A DNA stretch of 64,000 bases from Anthoceros angustus (lineage: Eukaryota > Plantae > Anthocerotophyta). Location of the stretch: assembly GCA_010909165.1 (NCBI GenBank), contig MU008167.1, forward strand, positions 620,001 through 684,000. The letters run 5' to 3'. Shown here piece by piece: positions 11,947 through 23,929 of the stretch. Under the pieces are notes generated by a model that saw only the letters and a list, made by a program, of their open reading frames with translations, had not been told where the DNA came from and did not search any database. A program made the translations under genes and the position numbers. Position 1 is the stretch's first letter, and every line of letters starts with the position of its first letter.

Positions 11947-12409
11947 CCTCGAACCTCGGACCTTCTCCTTCTCCTCCTCCTCCGCCTCAATCCACACCAA
12001 CCTCTTCTCACTTTGGAGGCGGGCCTAGATTTTGCATCTCTGTCTCACGCTACATACTTCCATTGCATGATTCGGGGGAAACGTTGGAGTGTGTAGCCTC
12101 CAGCCCGATTCCTTCCCCAGAGAGAGTGTCTGTTTTACGTTCTGTGTGTAGAAACGAATTTTGCGAGACACGGGGATAAAATTCGGCGCATCTACACACT
12201 TTTACTGAGTATCACTCCGACTGTTTGTATATGTATGCGGATATGAGTTATAAATATCAACTTGGTTTGGTTAAATTTTAATATACTAATATTTTTTACA
12301 CATATGAGTGATTATATTATTAATAGTAAATACTTAAATATTTATTTTTAAAACTGATATTTTTTTAACCCGAATATTATATTTTATGACTAATTATTAA
12401 TACATATGC

Positions 12410-12609
12410 ATAAATGGGAAGTCCCATCTCCAGTTGGGCGATGGGGAACCACCCTCCAAAGGACCCATGCCAAGGGGACTAGGCCCCCGAATATCTACCC
12501 TGAAACAGTTAACTACCATCCCCAAGATGTCATAGTCTGGAATAAAGAAGGGCCTACTAAACACCGAGGAAGATAAGATGCCGCTCGTGATTCAAGCTAT
12601 CCCGAAAAT
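12410..12609 (-). mobile_element. 3' end of a CRE-like non-LTR element, left flank of the Gypsy insertion
   Basis: atctaccct..cccaagatgtc..gaagggcctact..ctcgtgat is similar to the reverse complement of 6180-6290. On the minus strand it continues the CRE sequence that stops at 45966. Confidence 0.6.
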
Positions 12610-13236
12610 TGTCGCGGGCTGTATGGGAGTTAAGAAATAAGTAGGGTTTCTGTTTTTTTTAGGATTGAAGGATAAATAAGGCGGAAAAGGAGGAATAAAT
12701 TGGGGTAGCGGACGAGGCTCGAGTATACTCCGACCGGAGTGAACAACGGACCCCTGCAGACTATGGCAAGCTCCGACTACGCCGAGTAACGGATAAGTCC
12801 GAACCCACCTGTGTCAAAACAGGATAAGTACGCCAGGAAAGTAACCTAGGAGCGAGGCGTGAGACGGCGGCGCCACGTGGACGGCCCCGAGTGGAGGTCG
12901 GCATGCAGAGGTCAGACCGTAACCTTGCAGGCCGTTATAGCGGTATTCACGCCCGGATCGCGCGGCGCGAAGGCCGAGTAAGCGGGCGTAGGGTCGAGTA
13001 AGCGCATGCACTCGCGCTACGGACAACGAAGAGGCGCCTTCCAGTTACTTCCACAAGCGCCAAGGAGGGAGGTCACGCGCAGCCTCCGCAATCCTCATAC
13101 CCCTTGCGCCCGCAATCTCTCGCGCTATCTTTTGGGCGCCGTCACAGAGCGCGCACTGGCCAAGGTTGGAGCAAGAACGCGGCGAGGAACATCGTGCCGG
13201 ACTCGCCAGCCTACAAAGAAAGAGGAGGAGAAAGCA

Positions 13237-16200
13237 ATGGCACCCAAAAGCCGACGGAAGTCTGGGAGCCATGGACCGTGGAGCGCAACATTGTGACCCG
13301 CGCTATCCGGACTTCGGCCCGGCCGGAGGAAGGGGAATTGGTGGGGAATGGCATGGATGCGTCCAAATGGTCGGACCTTTGACAACTTAGGTCCGGAGTT
13401 TGCCCGAAGATGCCGCGGCGATCAACAAGGAGGTCCGATCCAAGAACCTCCGGAGGACCCGAGGCGATGGACCTTGAGGTCCCGAGGATGGCCTACAACC
13501 GCCCAAGGAGGAAGAAGGGGCGGTGCCGAGCCCCTTAAGGCGAAGGGAAGATAGGGCCAGCCGCCGGCGCCGAGGCTCGAACGCAGCGACAACCAACGGA
13601 TGGTTGATATCCGATCCGCCGGATACGAGTAAGGGCGTAGCCCGGATCATTGTCCATTGAACTCGCCACCAAGGTGGATCACCTTGGTGATAACTGCTGG
13701 TATTCTCGCATGCGCCCAATGGGAAGAGAGCGGACGGGAAGGATTATCTTCGCCCGGCCTGCCAGAGGCACGCAAGCTAAGGAGCGAGAAGCCTCGCCAT
13801 CGGTGACCCATGATTCATGTATGGGGACATTTCGAGCCCTCAAGGAGGGAGAGCTTGAACGGGCGCCCAAGGGCCGGAGGCCCCGCTGCAAGTAGAGCGT
13901 GCAAGGGCGCCTGAGGTGGGGGTCGCCCTTCAAGACCAAGCGACTGGAGGAGGACGATGGGAGGATTCCGGACTCCATACGCCTGAGCGAACCCCTCACC
14001 ACCTGTGGAAGTTTGGGAGGAGATTCTTCCTCCTTTTGGTGCCCTCCGAGCAGCAAGACAGAGGGAGTCGATGCCGAGGGCGCGGCGGCCCGCACCGGCA
14101 ACAGCCAACAACCACGACCCGCCGAGCCCCGACGAACTCAACGGGAGCCAAGAGGCGGAAGACGGTGCCGCTTACCAACGCACCTCAAGGTGCAGACTTA
14201 CCCCGCCACGAGTGGCAAGAGGTCAAGAGGCGTAAGGAGGGCAGGGGACGTGGCCCAAGGAGCAGGAGGTCACCGCGCAGCCCCACCTCGAGCCGGCCCT
14301 GCCCCCGGCTGTGAAGGGGCAAAAGAGCTTGCTCCCGACCCCTCACCTCCTCCGAGCCCTGTGAGAAAGAGGGCACAAAGGAGTTAGAGGCCAAGAGGGC
14401 CAAGAGGGTGAGACTCCTGACTCACCACTGTGACCGAGGGTCCCGATTAGGTCCGAGAACCCACCGACTTACTCCCGGATCATGATGGAGGTCCTTGGCG
14501 GACCGAGAAATGCCGGCTCCCACTACGGACTTTGTGGGGGCCTCATCACGGCCGTGGAAGAAACACGGCGAGTCTCCGCCACCGCCATGGACGGAATGCT
14601 TTGGGGTCTCGTGGAGAAGACCTGAAGTGGAGGCCACCCGAGGAGGATGGTGGAACCCAAGAGCAAGTGAAGGCGGCCGTGGGGGGCAAAGGAAAAGGCG
14701 GAGTCCCTCGCTCGGATCGAGGAAGGGAAACGCCTGGAGCGCGAGGCCCGGGCGGTTCAGCAGATCGAAGGTTCTTCACCAGGCGAACACCAAGCAAGCT
14801 GGGAGGCCCAAGCGGCGGAGGACCTTGCAGCGAAGAGGGGAAGCGCAGCAGAGGCGGAAGAGGCCCGGCACAAGCAGAGAGCTGGACTGGCGGAGGCGGC
14901 CAGAGTAGGCCAAGGGCGAGGCCCAAGCGGCGGAGCCTAAGTCGAAAGAGCGACCGGGATCACTCACGTGATCGAACCGTGGAGAGAGTCACAGCCCGAG
15001 GCTAACTCAAGGCCGACAAAGTGCTATGGAGCAGCAAGGGCCAAAGGAGGAGATGGAGGCCGACTCGGGAGATAGGAGATCTCCAGCATACCGCAGAAGT
15101 AGAGGAGAGGCGCAGATGGAGGATGAAGGACACGCTGGAGCTACAACCCAAGATGCGCTTGAGCAGTGATTCTCAACGAGAGAATCCACGACTCGAGCAC
15201 GAAATAGAGTGCCCCCCGTCTCTCAAGACGGAGGAAAATCGCGACTATCCAAGGAGTTGGACGCTGCTGCCATGGAGCCGGAGGAAGTCCGAGTCGGACG
15301 GAGGTATCCGACCGCTGGAGAGGGAGCGGAGCTAAAGGCCGTAATGAACGGAGGAGCGCGAGCACGGAAGCGTAAAAGAAGCCGGTCCACCGAGAAAGGC
15401 GGAAGGGAACGCCGCTATGGCGGTAAGCCGGCAATGGAGAGGAAACGACGGAGCCGGAGCAGTGGAGCAACAGGGCATGCAGGAGGTGACCGAGGCCGCC
15501 TTGTAGCCTCGCGTGATACGCCCGCCCACACAACCGGGTGAGAGGTGGCCCAACAAGCCGGGCAAAAGACGCCTAACACTTATGGCGGAGGGAGTATCGG
15601 GTGCTCCGGGCACACGTGGAAGAGGCAATTCCAACAAGTCGATCTGACTTTGCCTATTACCACACCGAGCCCTCAAGGCGAGAAGCCCCCTCACCTCCTC
15701 CGAGCCGGAGAAAGAGGGCACAAAGGAGTTAGAGGCCAAGAGGGCCAAGAGGGTGAGACTCGGACCTCACCACTCGGGACCCGAGGGTCCCGATTAGGTC
15801 CGAGAACCCACCGGACTTACTCGGGGCTGCGGTATGGAGGTCCTTGGCGGACCGAGAAATGCCGGCTCCACTACGGACTTTGTGGGGGCCTCACCGGTGC
15901 CGTGGAAGAAACACGGCGAGTCGCTCCAGTCATGGACGGAATGCTTTGGGGTCTCGTGGTGCAGTAGAAGACCCGAAGTGGAGGCCACCCGAGGAGGATG
16001 GTGGAACTCAAGAGCAAGTGAAGGCGGCCGAGGGGCAAAGGAAAAGGCGGAGTCCCTCGCTCGGATCGAGGAAGGGAAACGCCGGGTGGCGGAGGCGGCG
16101 GAGGCGGCGGAGGCCGGGCCAAGGTTCTTGCGAGCAGTGAAACAAGCTCAGAGGCCCAAGCGGGCAGGAGGAGGACCTTGCGGCGAAGGAGGAGGCGGAA

Positions 16201-17099
16201 GGGGCAGGGAGCGAGCTCGGGACTGGCGGAGGCCGGACCAAGTCCGGACCAAGTCCGGACCCGGAGGAGGCGGCGAAGGAGTCGGAAGCGCGGCAAAAGA
16301 GCGACCGGGATCACTGTGATCGGGCCGGTGGAGAGTCGGTGACCGAGGCTAACTCAAGGCCGACAAAGTGCTATGGGCGAGCAAGGGCGGCCGGAAGGAG
16401 GAGATGGAGGCCGGCCTCGGGAGATAGGAGATCTCCAGGATGCAGGAGTAGAGGCGGCGGCAGATGGAGGGCAGCGCTGGAGCTACAACTCCAAGATGCG
16501 TCGGAGGCAGTGATTCTCAACGAGAGAATCCACGACGACGAGCACGAAATAGAGTGCCTCGGCTCCGTCACGAAGGCGGAGGAAAATCGGCGACTATCCA
16601 AGGAGTTGGGCGTTGCCGAGCTCTGAGAAGGGGAGGAAGTCCGAGTCGGACGGGTACACTGGAGAGGGAGCGGAGCTAAAGGCCGTAATGAACGGAGGAG
16701 CGAGCACCGGAAGCGAAAGAAGGCTGGTCCGGTGAGAAAGGCGGAAGGGAACGCCGCGCTATGGCGGAGGCGGAGGAGGCGGCGGAGGAGGCGGCGGAGG
16801 AGGAGGCGGCGGCAGTGAGGGAGGCCGCCTTGTAGCCTCGCGTGATACTGGCCGGCTCCCACAACTGCGGAGAGGTGGCCCAACAAGCCGGGCAAGCTCC
16901 AACACTTATGGCGGAGGGAGTATCGGGTGCTCCGGGCACACGTGGAAGAGGCAATTCAACAAGTCGATTCGGACTTTGCCTATTACGCCGAGCTCCCGGC
17001 GAGAAGCCTCGGCGGCCCGCAGACGGACCCTGGAAGGCTCGGAAGGAGATGAAGGCCACGGGACAAAGACAGGACCCTAGTGGCCCCTGCTTGAGATGA
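13237..17099 (+). pseudogene. Long frameshifted ORF inside the Gypsy LTR (unknown protein, coiled-coil C-terminal half); copies start at 25457, 27114, 38002
   Basis: aaagcaATGG context. Reconstructed MAPK(K)PTEVWEPWTLVERNIVTRRYPD..SPEFARKMLAAINKEVRSKNLRR..KVDHLGDNLLVF..GRIIF..EARKLRSE..EKAESLARIEEGKRR..RLEHEIECL..KTEENRRLSKELDAA..IQQVDSDFAYYHEL, recurring across LTR copies. Confidence 0.6.
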
Positions 17100-17264
17100 C
17101 GGAGCGCGGAGAGGAGGAGGAGGAGGAGGAGGAGCGGATGCGATCGAGGTAAGCACCCGCACCTCACCATGGAAGGAGGGGCCAACGGGAGTCACGGGCG
17201 ATCGGGGCTGGAGGACTTGAGGGAGAGCCACGAGGAGTCCCGTGAGGGAGGAAACCTGGCGTGA

Positions 17265-17410
17265 GTCCGGACTTTGTCCGGACCAGAGGGAGGCCGGACT
17301 CAAGTCCGGACTAATAAGTCCGACTCAAGTCCGGACCTAATAAGTCCGGACCCCGAGGTCCGGACCAAGTCCGGACCAAGTCCGGACCCAGCCGGCCGAC
17401 TCAGAAGCCG
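17265..17410. repeat. Array of the palindromic octamer GTCCGGAC in LTR1
   Basis: About 8 perfect GTCCGGAC units with short variable spacers. Confidence 0.9.
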
Positions 17411-18349
17411 GACTCGTGAGTCGAGACAGACCTCGAGGACCGGATCGGCAAGAAGGAGGAGCCCCTTCGACTTACGCTTAGGGGAGAGGTGGCCCCACCG
17501 CCGGACCTGTGGGGAGGCCAGGGAGGATGACGCCGTGGTAACGTGCTGTCGACCGCCAGAGCCCAACCCGATGTGATTCCGGAGAGAGGAGGGGCCCGCC
17601 TCACGGATCATCCGATTGGGTGCGCCACAACCGTGACGGGATTGACCACCCATTCCGAGGCGGGCCTGTGACCTTCCCACCACAACGAAGGAGATAGGGG
17701 AGGAATATGGTAGGCGGCCGATTAGGGTATACCGAGGCTATCCGTAATAGGGGTGTAATAAAGACGCCGCCTTGGGCGCAGATAAGAGGGCCGAGGTCTA
17801 GTAAAGCATCTTTCTTGGTGTTGATGCCGCTCTGCACCTTGTGAGTCTTCTTGCTAACGTGAGTCCCGAGTCACCGAAAGTGCCCCGGGAGATTGATCAA
17901 GGTCCCGTGACGACTTAACGCGTTGTGGTGTGTGCAGGAAGGGTGATCGGTGACCTGCTCGCCCGAGCCGCGTCCCACCGAACGGACCGAACGCTGAGCC
18001 GGAGGAACTCGGGAGGGTGTAGAGCCCGGACGAGAGGCCCGCGAACGAGGAGGTCCGGATCAGAACCCGCGCTTTTCTAAGATCAAGAGTGTAGCGTGAG
18101 GGAGAGAGGAAAGGATGATGCGTGAGGGACGGATGTGAACGACGGACGCGAACGGGTCCTTAAACGCTTGGCCATACCGGCCAGACGGTGAACGCAGAGT
18201 AGTTAGGAGTATGTGTGTTGAGAACGAACGAGCGCTAAGGACGGTAGAATCACCAAACGCGAACGGGCCTATCATTCCCTTTGGGAACGGACTTCTTCCT
18301 ACAACGACACGGATTGTGCGCTACCGGCCATCAAAAGTCCGCCACATTT

Positions 18350-18366
18350 TGGCGCTGCTGCGGGAA
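18350..18366 (+). promoter_or_regulatory. Primer-binding site of Gypsy copy 1
   Basis: TGGCGCTGCTGCGGGAA directly after the LTR end CA, resembling the TGGCGCCGTTGCCGGGGA-type PBS of Athila-like elements. A second PBS starts at ~30968. Confidence 0.7.
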
Positions 18367-18415
18367 TGAAATCGGTCCGGTGCCGCAGGCGCCCTTAGGA
18401 AGAGAAGGTAAGTGA

Positions 18416-21400
18416 ATGCGTGGCGGTCGAGCGACGGTCAAGAGTGAACCGTCAGGAGGATCGGACGTGGTCACCTCGCGTGCTCTCCGAGCCAGGGAGA
18501 GAGAGACGTCAAACCCAACGAGAGAGCACCGTCGATCAGAGGAGGGAGAACGTGGTCGAATTGTCGGACCAAGACGAGTACGGGGTACAAGGGACGCCAA
18601 CGGAAGAAGGTAGGACAGCCACGCCTAACCCAATCGATGGCGCAGCCATGGCCCCTACCGACCAAACAAGCGATCTATATTCGGAGGAAGAAGGAGCGGA
18701 TGCGAGACCTTTGTGGAGGACTTCATGTCCAAAGCCAACTTCAACGGGAGAGGGAGTCGACGCACCATCCAAATTTTTCCAAGGGGTTCTCCGAGGAACC
18801 GCTCAATGGTATCGGAGAAAGTACCGACCACCGGAGAATGCCCCACCCGCCTCGCTTGAAGCTTTGAAAATGCCTTCTTAGAACGGTTTCGAGGATCGAC
18901 CGAGGGTATGTATTATCAAAGTTGGAAAATCAAGCGAGGAAGAAGGAGAAGCCGGGCTCAGACATCGAGCGGTTCTATGCCCCGAGGATCGGCATCCAAC
19001 CCATACCACGATGCAAGCGACGGTGGTTCGCGGCCGGTCTAGCCAAACCCATGGCACGCCCGCCGCCGCCGAGAAGGACGTGGGCAAGGCGGTCGAGCGG
19101 CCGAAAACTACGAGGAATCGCTACATCGAGGATAAAGAAATCCAAGGAGGCAAGAAGAAGAAGAAGAAACGGGTTCGACTGAGGAGGAAGAGTCTTGAGG
19201 AGGAGGAAGACCAATCGGAGGTGTCTTCGGAGGAGGAGCAACGTCCAAGAAGAGACGGAGGTCTCTAGCGAGGAAGAGTATCCCGCAAGAAGAAGAGCAA
19301 GAAGGCCCGGCTAAAAGAAGCGGTGGTAAGAAGGAGGTGGTGACACCAAGACCGTCCGAGAAGCTCTGACCCGACTCCCTCAAAGGAGGTAGCAGTCCGG
19401 AGGACCGGAAAAGTGATAAAGAGAGTAGAGGACCGCGATAAACCAGTTAAGGACCGAGCGCGGAAAACACCGACTACGGCGAACGATCTCGTGTGCCGCA
19501 GCAAGAATACGGCCATTCGAAGTCCAACCGCCTCAAGGCCGGTGCATCAAGTGGACTACGAATACGAGGAGGAGGCCGAGGAGCAATGGGAAGAGGCCTA
19601 TCGCATGTGAAGCCCTCCGGGCCGCGATATCCCAAAACCATGTATCCGCCAACCGGAGGTCCGCTAATACAACGAGCCCCACCGATGCAAAGACCGCATG
19701 GGAGCCCCTTCGTATCCTCCGACGGCCGCGGGTCTTGGAACGGGAATCTCGCCATTACTCCAACGCGTGTCCGCACTCAACGAGGTGGTAATGGGGACTT
19801 GTGGTCAGGTGGCGATCGCAAGGTGGGCATATGACGTGCAAGACGCTATGTCCCAACCCCGCACAAGGACGGTACGATATGCCACACCAAGCGGAGAACC
19901 CCGACCACCAACGCCACCTCCTAAGATCACTGGACGGCAAGTCAAGATGCCTGGGCCATGGAGGAAGAGATTCCCAGAGGTACGCGAGATGGAAAAGAAC
20001 AAGAAGGTAATGTGGGGTGTCGAAGGAAGGGAGTGGAAATCTTGAGGTGTCTACTCAGAGTCAAGGAAGGAGCGACGAGAAAGGCGCCAGCTTGAAGAAG
20101 AACAAGATCGAGGAAGCGTCACGGACGCCGAGGAAGGCAATCAAACGGAAATACCAGCAGAGGATCCGACCGATGAAGGAGGGCTGACGGCAGCTCACGG
20201 AGGGATTACCCAAGGAAGTTCTCCGCAGATGTGGAGAAGGAACGGTGCCTCCGCGACGGCGACGTTAGCCACCGGACGTAGTCCGGAGGTGACCGAGATG
20301 TTGCAGGAGGAAATGCGCAAGCATCCGGAGAATACCGTAACAAGTGACCGGGAGAGGATGAGGACGCAGCAGGATCCTCGATTGGGGTAGAAGCCTCGCC
20401 CCTTTAATGTGGCGACCGATGATGAATCGCAGACTGTCCTTTCGATACCGAGGATAACCCAAATACCGACAAGAGGTCCGTTAGGGAAACCCATGGGAGC
20501 ACCAAAGCCGTGAAGGGTAGCATGGGAAGTGAGGGTGGTGTCCCATACGGACCCAGGCGCCATGGTACAAGTGGAGATTGGATGTATCATCAAGGATGTA
20601 CCGTTGGACACGGGTCCGAGTCAACCTCATCACCGGCAAGACGAAAATTGGGCTTCACATCCTTCAACCTCAACGAAGACTCGAGAATGGCGTATGTCAA
20701 GAAGAGATCCGGGGAGTTAACCGAGTCTTGGCCACCATAGCCGCGCACCCTACAAACCGGATTTTGTTGTGATCAAACCGCCGGACCATTAGGGTATGAG
20801 GTGTTGGGGCGGCCATGGGTTGGCCTGCATAAAGCTACACTTTGGAAGGAAGGAGATTCACTTCAAGCCGTGGACCGGGGACCCTAAGGTGCGAGAAGGG
20901 AGGGTTGCTATCACCGGAGCAAGGACACCTATTGTGGGAAACCGTGAGCACTACAAGGTATACCGGAGGACTCCACCGGCGACGAACAAGATAGTTCCGA
21001 GGAGGCGACTTTTCGCCAAGATCCGGGTCCGAGGAGGAGATGGACTACCGGCCGGATGCCTTTGGCGCGGAAGTGGTTGATTGTTTTCGAGTAAACGCCA
21101 CAACGGGGCTGGAGGAAGGAAGTGAAGAGGAGGTCGGACCAGCACAAGGGGAGAAAAGAGTCGGACCAAGGAAAAGCGGACATCGAAGGAGTAACACGAT
21201 TCACCTCCGACGAGCTCTTCAGAGAATGGGGGATGCGAGAGGACGATCCCCGAGAGGAGGACGAGGGGTTTGACGCAGGCAAAGACGAGAACGGGAGACG
21301 GTGAACCCGGACGGCGTGGAAGAAGTGGAGGTCCGCCAAATTTCAAGTTTAAGAAAGGCATGCCTCCGGACCAAGGAAGGACTAAAGCACTGGGGAGTTT

Positions 21401-23929
21401 TATGAGGTGTTCGCCTTCAAGGTCACGGACATGAAGGGCATTCAAGAAGTGGGAGAGCATAAGATCGATTTGAAGCCGTGGAGGTGCCAATCCGACAATA
21501 CAAGCTCAACCCCAAGTATTCGATCAAGGTGAAGGAGGTCCTTGATAAGTACCGGAGGCAGACATCATTTTCCCCATCGTCACAGTGGGTCGCTACCGAT
21601 TGTGGTGGTTCCCAAGACCCAGACAAATTCGGGTATGCCAAGATTGGAGGAAGCTCAAGAACGAGAAGGACCACTTCCGATGCCATTCAGAGACGACATT
21701 TTGGACAAGGTGGTCGGACGGACTACTTACTCCTTCCGGATGGCTACTCCGGATACAACCAATTGCACCTAAGGGAGTTTGACCGACAAGACGACCTTCA
21801 CTACGGAGTGGGGTACGCTTTCACAAGAGAAGTGCCTTTGGGATGACCGAGCGTGGTCGCTCATGATGGTGACCAACGCCTTCCGTGACTCGAGGGACTT
21901 CATGGAGATATTCTGGATGATTTTTGTGTGCATGGGGAGCGGGACAAACACCTTGGGCATCTAAGAAGGTGCTTGAGCGCCGGAGACTCAATTGAGCCTA
22001 CACCCGAGAAATGCTACTTTGGAATGACGGAGGGAATCTTGTGGGACATCGGGTGTCGGCGGAATCGAGGTGGACCAGACAAGGTCCGGTCATCCGCTCT
22101 CCGGCCGGCCGAACCTAAAGGAGCTGAGAGGTTTCCTGGGAATGGTGGGATACTACCGCCGGTTTATTAAGGACTTTGCGAAGAGGGCGGCTAAGTTGAT
22201 GTAACCATCAAAGGAGGAGGTTTGGACCGTCACGAGCGAGAGGAGGCCTTCCGGGATTTACAGAACACCTTGGTAAGCGCACCGGTTCTAAGAGGACCGG
22301 ACTGGAGCAAGAAATTTCATGTGTATGTAGACGTGTCCGCTTATCGGAGTAGCCGAGCGACGACAAGCGAAGGGATTATCCGTATACTACGCCGGACGTA
22401 CCACCCACGCGAACGAAAATACACAACTACAGGCCAATCGGGTATGGTATATGTCAAGAAATTCGACACTACACTACCCGGTGAGTTTGTGTTCTATGTA
22501 GACCACTTTGCTCAAGCATCCGGTGAATAAGGCGGACTGTCCGGACGGATAGCAAGGTGGATATTGTTGCCGCAGGAGTTCACGTCAAGTGGAAACAAGA
22601 CAAGGGAGGCAGACCAAAATGCGATTTCCACGATTGAAAACAGGCGGTGTTGAGAGATCGTGAAGATGCGCTCCGGATGAGACATTGGTTGCCGCAAAAG
22701 TACAACCGAGGAGCCCACCGACGAACCCCAAGCTACGAGAACCGGCACTTAGCGGAGAAGGGAGGTCCGCCGTCCGACCCACGAAGAAATGGAGCGTACT
22801 GGGAATGGAGCTTCCCAAAATCGACTGTGATGAGAGGAGGCATTCGTGCACTATGCTCGACCCTTCGTAATGTACAACGGTGTGTGTTCAAATTAGGGCC
22901 TGACGGAGTAGAACGAAGGTACTTACAACCGGCAGACAGGAGCGCCGTGGGAATGCACGAAGGATTGGGGGAGGACACTACGCAAGACAGTCACCACCAA
23001 AAGATTTTGAAGCGGATCGGTGGCCAACAATGTATGGGGACACCCACCGCTTAGGAAGAAGTGTGATGCTTGTCGGATCTAAAGCCAACCCCGACGACAG
23101 GGCCGCTAGTACCGATATTGGCACCGCACCTTCGAAAAGTGGGGTATTGACTTTGTTGGACCTATACCACGACAAGACACACACAAAGGAGATACATCCC
23201 GTGGCAACGGACATCGCACTGTGGGTAGAGGCGGTGGCGACAAGAACGGACTCGCAAACATCGCGTGGCCAAATTCTGACGAGAACATCATAACCCGCAC
23301 GGATGTCCGCCGCAGCTTGGTAAGTGATAGGGGAACCCATTTCCTTAATGATGTGGTGGCCGCCATGACGGAGTATTTCGCATCAATCATCGCAAGACGG
23401 CACCCTACAATCCTAAGGCCAATGGGTGACAGAGAAGACAAATGGGCTCATCCGCAGGATCTGAATAAACTCACGGAACTACGCCCATGATCGGATACCA
23501 AGCGCCATCCGCACCGTATGCCCGACAGAAGGTGACCACACGGACCCCTTACTTGACCTACGACACTCTCCGTAATGCCGTGGAGTTTGAAGTGCCCACT
23601 TTTCGAGTAATGATGGAAGGAGACTGACAGGAGGAAAGCCACCGAGCGACTCTTGGGGTTTGTTCAGAACGAGGACAGGGAAGAAGCTCACCAAGATGCA
23701 TTGGTGCAAAACCAAAAGATTTGGCACGATCGCGAATCGAGTATGTAAAGGGGGACCCGCCTCCTTTATGATAGTCGCATACATGCATTTTCCGTGCAAA
23801 CTTCACCGAGATGGATGGGTCCGTACCAAGTGGTGCAAGTATATGACAACGGGTCCGGCTCCATGACTAGATGGAGAGTCGCTGCCCACTCGGGTGAACG
23901 GGTGGCGGGTGAAGAAGTATCATGCTTAG
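18416..23929 (+). pseudogene. Gypsy gag-pol copy 1 (frameshifted): Gag, protease, RT, RNase H, integrase with GPY/F motif
   Basis: MRGGRATVKSEP start; LDTGS-type protease site (~20600); RT IRQYKLNPKY, VCQDWRKLN, DGYSGYNQ, TTFTTEWG, DDF; RNase H APVLRGPDWSKKFHVYVDVS; integrase WGIDFVGP, VSDRGTHF; GPYQV..VNGWRVKKYHA*. Confidence 0.9.

Larger units (their letters stand above)
12610..18346 (+). repeat. Gypsy LTR1 (~4.5 kb unit plus an internal ~1.3 kb duplication)
   Basis: Begins TG..gggagttaagaaataagtaggg like the post-PPT sequence. Ends aagtccgccaCA immediately before the PBS. 15685-17000 repeats 14340-15685. Confidence 0.85.
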
